Below, piece by piece: positions 54,390-64,000 of a stretch of 64,000 nt of DNA; position 1 is the first letter of the stretch, and the number at the start of each line of letters is the position of its first letter. Position numbers and translations under genes: made by a program. Under the pieces are notes generated by a model. It saw nothing but the letters and a program-made list of their open reading frames with translations, ran no database searches and was not told the DNA's origin. Origin of the DNA: Cycas panzhihuaensis (Eukaryota > Plantae > Cycadophyta); NCBI GenBank assembly GCA_023213395.1, contig CM041465.1, positions 78,127,741 to 78,191,740 of the forward strand, in the 5' to 3' direction.

Positions 54390-57300
54390 CCCTCAAAACA
54401 AAAGATCTCCTTAATCTAACCCCCAAATTTACCAGGAGATCAGCCACCTTGTTACCTTCCCTGAGTGTGTGCTAAATCTGGACATCCATAAGATCCTTTA
54501 GGGCATCATGAGTGTCCTTAATCATTGATTGAAATATCCAGTGTAGAGATATTGTGCCTTTTAGTGAATTTATAACATTCAGAGAGTCCCCCTCAATGAT
54601 CACCTTGGAAGGACCCCCTTCTAGGGCAAAGTTCACAGCTTTAAGCATGGAAGCCATCTCAGCAAATCGGTTCGTTTGATTATCATAGTAGTTAGAAAAA
54701 GCCCATATAAAGCTGCTCTTGGTGTCTCTACAAATGCCACCACCACCAGCTTCCCTGGGGTTACCTTTCGAAGCACTATTAAAGTTTATTTTAACCCAGT
54801 ATTCCTCAGTAGGTATCCAGTGACATATTCTGGAGGTCCCTTCCCTGATGTTAAGCTTTATACCCTACTTACGTAGGATCTTACCTTTAGTAGGCACCAA
54901 TTGCTTTTTATCAGAGCTTCTAACATTTTCCTTTATCTCTAAGCATATAACATTAAATATAGCCTTCAGGTCCATCTATCTATCCTGAAAGATCCTTTTA
55001 TTTCTTTCCTTCTATAGATTCCAAGACATCACCGGTAGGGAATTTTTCCACATACTGCCCAAGGCTTTGCACTAAATGGACTTTACCATGATTGCCATTG
55101 ATCAACAATATTGCTAGAGATGACCCACTCCACCTCAAAAATATCTAGCAGAAGCCTCCAAACCTCACCAGAATAAGAACACTGAAGAAGGATATGGTCC
55201 ACAGATTCCTCCTCTATATAGCAAAGAGTATACCTATTTGTCATCTAGTAACCTCTCCTCATGAGATTATCCACCATTAGAATTCTATTTCTAAGGCAGG
55301 TCCACCAAAAGACAGCAATTTTTGGGATAAGATTCAATTTCCAAACACCTTCCAAGAGATTATTCCTCTGATCCCCTCTCTCATAACAAAGGTAAAAATA
55401 CCCTTGCTTAACTGAGTATTCCCCATTTTGGGTGGAGGGCTAGACTACTGAGTCTACCTTGCTCAATTTAGGGATATAACATTTGCCAAGGATCTCCTTA
55501 AGTTTGGCAACCCCTTCTTGAGGTACGGGCCCCTCCTGAAGCTCCTCAAAATTTCTCCATCTCTTGCTTCTTCCCCTCCCAATCAGATAGTCCTTTATAT
55601 GAATGCCGTAAAGACTTTCATAATGAGCCAGAAGGGGGGCTAAAATAGGACAATCCTTTAGTCTTTTTATGCTACACCATACATCCTCCCAAAATTTTAT
55701 AGTGTTCCCATCCCCCAAGTTCCATTTCAAGCCAACTTTTACCATCTGCCTGGTATTGAAAATACTCCTCCAAATAGTAAAGCCGGATGGGGGAACAAAG
55801 TTCTCGAGGAGGGAGTTGACTTAAAGATACTTTTGAGATATAAATTTTTCCCACAAGCCCCCATAGCCTTTGACTAGCTGCCACCTAAGCTTAGCCACTC
55901 GTGTGGAATTGAAAGTTTGAGTTCTTCTAAGGTTCAATCCCCCAGCCCATTTTGGAGTACAGACCTTGGACCAATTGACCAAGTGAATTCTTTCCCTCTC
56001 TTCTACCCCAGATCAGAGGAATCTTTTCTGAATGGATTCCAGAACAAGGAAGACCCCAATTAGAATTTTAAAGATAGACATCCAATAGATAGGGATACTT
56101 TATAACAAAGTGTCCACAAGCTAGAGCTTATTGGCTTGGTTAAGAAGTGCACCTTTCCAGCTAGCCAACTTCCTTTGAATCTGATCGATGAGGGGATTCC
56201 ATAAGTTCTTAGGAATTTTTCCCATAAAAAGAGGCATACCAAGGTATGTAGTAGGTAACTTCTTGATATCCATTTCAAAAATATCGTTGATCCTTCTTTG
56301 TGTGGACCCTAGGGTATTTATGAAGTAAACATTACTTTTACCTAAATTTACCTTTTGGTTCGTGGCCAATTCGCATCTTCTCAATTCATCCTTTATCCTA
56401 GAGCCCTCCCTGATGGCAACTTTCCCTAGAAATATGTTATCATCAACAAATTGGTGATGCATAATATTTTCCACCCCAGAAGTGGGACGCAGACCAATGA
56501 TACAACCTTGTCTTTTAGCAGCCTCTATGGTCCTACCCAGCAATTTAGCCAGAGTTATAAAGAGATAGGGGGATAAGAGGTCCCCTTGTCTCAGACCCAT
56601 GTAGCCCGTAAAGAACCTAGATGATGAACTATAAATAATGACTGAGTACTGTGGGTTTGAAATACATAGCTTCATCTAGGTCCTCCATTTCCCTCTAAAC
56701 CTAGAGGCCTCTAGACACTCCAACAGACAGTCCCAGGAGACTCTATCAAAAGCCTTCAAGAGGTTGATTTTTATGAGCATAACTGGCTCCTTCCTCTCCT
56801 TTGTAGAGTGCAGAGTTTCATGGACCACAATAATGCCATCAATGATCTGTCTTCCATGCACAAAGCCATCCTAGTTTTAAGATATTATATAGGGAATAAC
56901 CTCTTTCAGTTTGTTGGTGAGCACTTTGGCAAGAATCTTATATTTTATGTTACATAAGATAATGGGGCAAAAGTATTCTATCCTCTTGACTCCTTCCTTT
57001 TTTGGGATAAGAACTAGAAAGGTATCTTGCCATTCTTGAAGAATCTTTTGATTCATGTAGAACTCATGCAGAGCTTCCATAAGATCTACCTTCATAATAT
57101 CCCAAAATTCCTAGAAAAAACTGGGAGGGAAACCATTCGGGCCAGGGGATTTATCCCTCTTCATACCAAACACAACCTTCTTAACCTCCTCTTAGGTGAA
57201 GGGGGTAATTAGTGAGGCATTTTGGGCCTTGCTGACTGAATAGGGGATGGACCTAAGAAGCATCTCACAGGCCTCCTTATCTTCACTATGTGGTTCGGTG

Positions 57301-58526
57301 AATAGATCCTTAAAATAATTGCTTGCCAAGTCTTTTATGTCTTCTGTACTGTTCAAAATCGAGTCATCTTCCCTTTGAAGGCCATTGATTCTATTGCTAG
57401 CTCTATGCTTTACTGCGGTCATGTGGAAGAATTTGGTGTTTCTATCCCCTTTAATAAGCCAAATGGCTCTAGATTTTTGCCTCTAATGAATTTCTTCTCT
57501 GTTTAACAACTCTTCCAAGTTTTCAACCATATCTCTTTCTGCTTTGTCCAAGAACAGGGTCCTACCCTTGACCTGGATCCTATTCTCAATTTTGTTAAGG
57601 TCATTAATAGTTCGGTCCTTAAGGACATGGATGTTCTGAAAAGTTTCTTTATTCTAAACTTTCACCTGCCTTTTTACCCAGTCTAGTTTTTTCGAGAATC
57701 TGTACATTGCGTGCCCCTAGATTAGGACATCCCACCATTCCTCCACCTTTTACCTAAGATCTGGGTGTCTGATCCACATCATTTCAAATCTGAAAGGAGA
57801 CCCTTTATGCTTTTCCAAATCTGAAAATAGGAGCTAGAGAGGGGAGTGGTCAGATCTAATTTTAGGGAGCGCCTTAAAGGCAAAGTCCTTGAAGCATCTA
57901 GCCCATTCGTAATTAACCATAACTTTGTCTAGTTTAATTTGGATGAGCTAGTTACCCAATCTTTTATTTGACCAAGTAAAGGATGCCCCTCTCAGCTTCA
58001 CATCTATGAGGCCTCCCTTCTACATAAAGTAGTCAAGGTTATGCATGCTACTCGTCTAACCTTCTTGCCCCACTTTCTTATCTCCTAGGCAGAGAGTCGT
58101 ATTGAAGTTGCCAGCTACTAGCCAAGGTGCTTTGCATTCGCCATGGTCTTCTAGAATCCTATCCCATAGACTCTTTCTATACTCATGAAGATTAGGGGCA
58201 TAGACATTCATGGCCAACCATTTTATGTTATTCCTTCTGTTGGTTAACCATATGGAAAGAAAGGAATCCCCCTCCACAATGGTTTCCCCAATCCATTCAT
58301 CTGGATTCCACATCACCATAAGTCTTCCAGTTCCTTGGTTATTGCCTACTCCTTTTCCTTCATCTTTTTTCCGAATTTTAGTCTTAGGATTATGGCTATT
58401 TTCTAAATTTAATTTTTTTTCCTATAGAAAAATAAGATATGGGAGTTCCCTTCTTCTTATGTCTCTTAGAATCCTTTGTTTAGAAGGGGCATTCAAATCC
58501 CTGACATTCCACAAGATTAGTTTCAT
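54390..58526 (-). pseudogene. L1 ORF2: APE endonuclease, RT, zf-RVT, RNase H (many stops)
   Basis: MKLILWNVRDLN at 58526; NVYAPN; WLVAGNFN; LVLIPKKEG..FCPIILCN; KAFDRVSW; GLRQGDLLSPYLF; HQFVDD; YLGMPL; EESVDHILLQC; IIEGDSLNVI; HTLREGNKVADLL. Confidence 0.95.
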
Positions 58527-58559
58527 CTCTTCTTTCTTTACTTCTATATCTCTGATGCC

Positions 58560-59729
58560 TCCCCTTTCAGAAGGTCTCATCTATTAGATCTGGTTCTTAC
58601 TCTTGGACCCTCTAAGAAGTCCTCATTGAGGGTTTTTTGGTTATCTTGATCCACTTGGGCAGCTGCTTCCCTCTCCCTCACTAGTCTTAGAGGGGGTCTG
58701 CCAACCTGTTTTTCAGAGCTGACATCCAAGAATTTTCTCTAGGCCTCCTCTTAATGGATCACCTAAGGAGGGATCACTTCGTTACTTTCCAGGGCTTTCC
58801 CTATGGGGCCCTCCTTTTCGTGTGATACCGACAGAGCAAAGGCCTAGCCATCTTGATCTCTCGTATTAGAGAGAGTATCCTCCATATTGGGATTAAAGCC
58901 AAGGTTCCTATCCCCATGCACCTCAAGGGGTTCTACACCTTTCCTTTCTAGAGGCCTCTCTCCTTATGATCAAGATGCTCCTCGAGCCCCTCGGGAACCC
59001 TCATTTGATTGCACCAACTCTTGAGGTTCTGCCTTCTTGTGGGAAGTTTCCTTTGGCTCAAATTTATATTTTTGATTATCTTCCTCCGTTTGCCTCTCTG
59101 CTAGGCATTTCTATGGTAAGTGATCTAAAGCTTTCCATTTCATATATCAGTAGTTGGGCCTAGATCTTGTCCTCCATGTCCATCCATATTTCCTCCACAA
59201 GAGGTTTGTTAATCATGGTCAGGGCACAAAATCTGGTATTAATAAGCCTACTTTTATTTTTGGTCATTGAATCCACAACAAGGAGGGGGCCCACAACTTT
59301 TGTCATCCCCTTCAAAACTTCCATGTTCTAATGTTGCAATGGAAGTCCAGGCGACTGAATCAAAATGGGGGCTTGCTTGACCATAGGAACTGATGAGTCA
59401 AAATCCCTATGCTACTTTTCTAAAATTAATGCTTTTCTCCCTAGCATCCAGGGTGCTCTTAAAAGAATGTTTGTCATATCTTCTTGAGAAGCAAATTTGA
59501 AAAGGACACATCCTTTCAACATCATAATTACTTCCATGTTACCCACCATCCTCCATTTACTCGTGGTCTAACTTCTTATGGTTTCCAACCCTGGCCTGGG
59601 ACTGGAGAACCTACCAACCAAACAATTATCCCAGTGTTTCTCCGTTCTCTCCACTAATTTCTTTGGGATTTTTAGTCTTACTTTGTTGTCTTGGGTAATG
59701 GGGATTAGGTCGTATTCTTCCTCATCCAT
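58560..59729 (-). pseudogene. L1 ORF1 (DUF4283-type)
   Basis: HWDNCLVGRFSSPRPGLETIRS*..W and ILLRAPWML..LIL..DFD..P..IQSPGLPL motifs. Confidence 0.8.
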
Positions 59730-62700
59730 TGATCTTAAGATTTCCAGATAGGATTTACCCTGAGGGAAGTCATGAGATCAGTTTTGGACTATTTGTTCTT
59801 TCTCCATATTGAAATAAAGAGAGAAAAAAGAAGTGAATCCTAGCTGCTAATAAACATGGTAAATGAAGCAATAAGAAATCATACTATCTCAGAGTGTAAA
59901 GTACCATGCATATGGAGATGTGGCTCAAGTTTTTATCCTTCCCTCTCTCCCACCAGCTCTTCTCTCATCTATAAGGTTTGCCCTATCTCTAATGAACTAT
60001 TGGGGACCATGATCCTAGTAATAGGCCCTGATCTCCTGTTGAAAGCTCCTTTGCAGCTAACAAAATAAAGGGGAGAATGGAGACTCACTAGATGGAACAT
60101 GAGGCTAAGACCCAGAGGTCCACCCTCACTGCTTAAATGGACCAAACCAGATCAGAATGCACCAAAATGAGCAATCATTATGCCATAATAGACTCCCCTA
60201 ATTATGAGAAGGGATAAGCCATTCTCTGCCTTACCTCAACACACAAAACTATTGGGGGATCCCCCCCCTCTACCTTTGCTATGCACTATGAAATGCTCTG
60301 GAAAACCCTAGCCACGATGAGAACAAGTACAATGGTCATCTGTCTCCTAGTCTAGAATTATTGGACCAAGGATTATCTATTTATAGCCTTATTTTTACTC
60401 TTAAAAACCAACTCCTAATTCTCTTTCTAAAAAATAAACTTTATAGTAAAATATATTAAATAAAATTTCTTTTAATTCTCCTAAAAATTGACTTCCTAAT
60501 AATATTTCCTTCTATAAAACTAACTTCATCCTTATTTTAAGAATTTTATAATTTTTCTTCCCTTAAAATAATACTTTGCACTTAAAGTATTGGGGATTTC
60601 TAGTATAGTCTTTATGAATTCTTCCAACCACCTCCTACTAAGTCATATATGTCATGATAACCAAGTCCAACCTTGCAGTTCTTATTGGATCTTATAACTA
60701 TATGCCTTGAATTTATTAATTCTTGTTCTTGGGAGTAGGTACTTGTTGTTTATGGACTTATATTAGAATGATCTTAGGACTTGTGGGATGCCTTAGATGC
60801 TTGGTGTTGATCTTGCTCTATGTCTACACATTTTATCCTTAGGTGGGATAGATTGTAATGAGAAAGGTAAGTAAAATAATAAGAACTTTAGTGGATATTT
60901 TTTGAAAAAAATTGATCATATGGATCCTAAAATGATGATTACTCATTGTAAGAAGAAAGGGAAGAGGTAGGATATTGGGTGGTGATCAACCATAGCCTCA
61001 AAGGCATAGGAAGAAAGAATGAGATATGGGATTTGCCTTGAATGGAGATGAGAATTCGTACATGTTGTGTTTGACCATAAGGATCCCTTGGGAGGAAAGA
61101 CAGATGAGGGATTGGCAATAGATGTTCTTTATAAAATAAATATTTTAATAGGATTTAAAAAATGATATTAAGATAAAATAAAAGACTTAACAAAAAAAAA
61201 TAATATTAGTAGTGTGAAAGTGGAAAGAATTAGGAAGGATAAGATGGGGTTCTATAGGGGGTAATCCTAAGTGATGAAATATGATAAATGTATTGAAGTT
61301 TTAGAATATCCTATTATGGTTTATAGGGGCTAAGGGAGGACAAAAGTGAAGAGTTAAGTTAGTATTGTAAATAAGAATTAGAATTTATCCTATGAAAACA
61401 CTAGAGTTAAGAGGATTAGGATTATGACTAACTATAGGATGGGAGAAGGAGGGCTTTTCTACCACTATTGAACTTGGGAAAGAGAGAGGATAGATAAAAC
61501 TACCAAACAAAATATGCATGTGTAACACAAAATCAATGAGTACCTCATTGGGTTTGCATGTAGTCTATGGAGGTTCCTCTTTAAACTTATTCCCCAATTG
61601 CTATTTTGCTTACTCTTCTATGTCTCTATGCTACTTCTCCATAGCTTCTTCTCAAATCTCTTCCTTGATCTTGATTTTCCTCTTTTGACATTCTTTTGTC
61701 ATATGTGCTTCATATCTTCTATGCCATCATGTTATTTCCTTTAAATTGGTTCTTGTTCTTATTCCTGTAAAGTCTCTAAGGCCTACTCTTCAATAATTTA
61801 TTGTTCTTCCTTTACTTTTACTTTTTCTATTCCTATTACTTTGATGGGCTACTTTAATAATGTGATATCCTTACCTTATTTATGGGTTTGTGGATGTTGA
61901 AGTGTTCTCTCTACTTGAACTTTATCTTATTTATATCTCTTAAAAGCTATGATAAAGCTTGATTTGAGGTATTTTAGAGTTTTATAGATCATGTAATAGT
62001 CCCCATAACTTGGATAAAAAATCTAAAATTTAAGGTAGTGATAGTACCCTCCACTAAAATAGCAATATCTTTTGAACTAGATCACCATATTGAAAAATTA
62101 TTATTTTTAAAGTAATCTATGCTTTAAGTCATATCAATTCAAAAATAAATTAAGGTTATTTATATATCTATAGTAATAGTTATGTCCTTTGTTTATATGG
62201 GTCATAATTAGGGTTTCTAGGGACTATAATAGTACTTATTACTAAAATATTGATAACTTTTCATTATAATATCTAATGAATTAAAACTACTTCCCACTGA
62301 AAGTAGATATCAAGACATATAGATTCAAAAAAAAAAAAAAGAGGTCAACCAAATACTTGTAGTGAAAGTTATGGCTATTTGAAGTTATAATAACATAATT
62401 TTAGGTCTTGAAAATAGTGATAAAGAATAGGCTAAAATTAAATTTCCTACAGTTTTCATAATTTTGCTCCAAAACATGCATTATAACCACTCAAAATTTG
62501 TATAATAGGCTTGGTTAACTCAAATTTATGTTTTTTTTTTTTAAATTCTTCTATTTATACTCTAAAAAAAAGAAGCTCTAATTACCCATTGTAGTAGGTC
62601 CAATTCTTAAACAATAGACAAAGACAATGGTTTCAGTAGATGATGATAATATTTATAAATATTCAAAGTAGATATCATATATTTATAGTAGTAAATATTC

Positions 62701-64000
62701 ATAGAGTATCATATAGTAGACATAGTTCAACTATCCATATAATACTACATTCATACATTAATAAATAAGAGTAGAGATGAAATGAAAATAGATTAACAAG
62801 AAAACCTAGTATAAAAATCTAGTAGTTTACAACCCTCTTCAAGTCAGGAGCATTCCTTCAATAGGATTGAGGCCTTAATGACATGTAGCCATTATCCCAA
62901 ATATAATAAAAATTATCCAAGATGTTTTATAAATAATCAAGGCTTTTCTATTTATAGCCTTTATTTTCTCTCTAGAAAATTAACTCCTAATTCTCTCTCT
63001 AAAAAATTGACTTTATAATAAAATATATTAAATGATTATTTTTTAAATTCTTATAAAAGATGATTTCCTAATAATATTTTATTCTATAAAAATTACTTCA
63101 TCCTTATTTTAAGAATGCTACATCTCCTCCTCTAAGATGTTAAATCCTTGAAGTAAAGGAGATATATATTTTACTTAACAAAATTTACTAATTCCCAAGT
63201 CACCTCATTAGGTTTGTAGTCGACCCACTATGCCAAATATTTAAAACTTGTCATATTCTAAAAATGATATTGTCTACTAGCTAAGATATATTCTAGGGGA
63301 ATGGTAAGAGTTTATTCTTCATCTAAGATAGGTAGGATTGTTTATAGAGTCATGCCCTTACTAAGATATTTCTTAAGATAGAAAACATGGAAGATATTAT
63401 AAATATTGGTATTAGATGGAAGTTCCAATATATAAGCCACTTCACCAATATGCTAAAGAACTTTATAAGGGCCATAGTAATGAGGACAAAGCTTGTAGTT
63501 CTTATGATGTTTGAGAGATCATTATTTATATGGTTGAAGGCATAGGAATATAAGATCATTAATAGAAAAAGTGTGATATAAATGGTGGCAGTCTACTAAT
63601 TACTTTATTTGATTTTGGGCTATAACTAAATTTGACTTAAGGGTATTTAAAATTTAGTCCATGTATTATAGTTTTTGTTGTATGACAATGATGTGAAGTT
63701 TGGTTACTAATATATGGTGAGATGGTAGAGGGTAACTATACAGGGCCATAAATAGGGACATCCCTATGGTTTAATAATGAGAGGAATTATATTAATATTC
63801 TAAAAGATCTACCCATGATGACTATCTTGCTTAGTGATTTGATATAAAATAATACAAGTAAGTCTTTAGTGATTTATTAAGAACTTTTGATTACTTATTT
63901 ATTTGGGGTTGATAAGAAAAACTCATGTTAAATGATGTGTTTGAGGCTCGAGCAAGTTCTCACCAAAAGGAACTAGTAAACTTAGGATTTATTTAGAGAT

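Larger units (their letters stand above)
54169..60367 (-). mobile_element. Full-length L1-clade LINE with 11-bp TSD and poly(A) tail
   Basis: TSD aaggattatct (54158-54168 / 60368-60378); poly(T) at ~54168-54179; ORF1 and ORF2 remnants present. Confidence 0.95.
53818..63122 (-). mobile_element. Non-autonomous LTR element H, an older relative of G; LTRs 53818-54168 + 60379-60550 and 62590-63122
   Basis: The LTRs align once the L1 is removed. TSD tcttc (53813-53817) / tctcc (63123-63127). A decayed PBS lies at ~62575-62588. Interior 60551-61555 aligns with G 38842-39815. Confidence 0.85.
53405..64000 (-). mobile_element. Gypsy chromovirus I, 3' part (3' LTR ~53405-53810; integrase/chromodomain 63140-64000; continues off the window)
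   Basis: FTSSFW*EL..SFSYQPQ..YNSSHY*TIGMSLFMALY at ~63740-63982; LRLQPYK and YYGPYKVL..AY.LELP..IFHV at ~63380-63550; EVTWEL at ~63190-63210. After removing H, the PPT agaggaggagact abuts the LTR end ataaca at 53810. Confidence 0.8.

Noticed and set aside
62590-63140. Shared-LTR tandem of H and I
   Set aside because: The tcttc/tctcc TSD and a separate LTR ending at 53810 explain the adjacent PPT more simply. Kept as a testable alternative.

Overview
AT-rich, gene-free plant heterochromatin built almost entirely from nested, decayed retrotransposons. The host is possibly a gymnosperm; this is inferred only from a Tat element with its extra RNase H after the integrase and from strong C->T decay. 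Nesting reconstructed from LTR pairs, PBS/PPT sites and target-site duplications (TSDs): (1) an RTE-like LINE is interrupted by chromovirus A (~6950-53405, -). (2) A carries B (12527-31543) > C (15052-31163) > [D (15190-19818) > solo LTR (17544-17992)] plus Copia E (21017-27937). (3) A also carries Tat element F (31896-51545) > young non-autonomous G (38296-40912). (4) A's 5' LTR carries chromovirus I > H (53818-63122) > full-length L1 (54169-60367). At the left end, LTR element Z sits inside Copia Y. No intact host gene is present. Most notable: two phospholipase D-alpha fragments captured antisense and in permuted order in the leader of Copia E; a fixed-spacing ~85-nt module shared by five pol-less elements of both Copia- and Gypsy-type; a pol-less family (G/H) with one ~480-codon Gag-derived ORF; LTRs that absorbed a second PBS; and a 1.57-kb microsatellite found in only one LTR of F. 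All alignments and translations were done by eye. Borders without a TSD are approximate.
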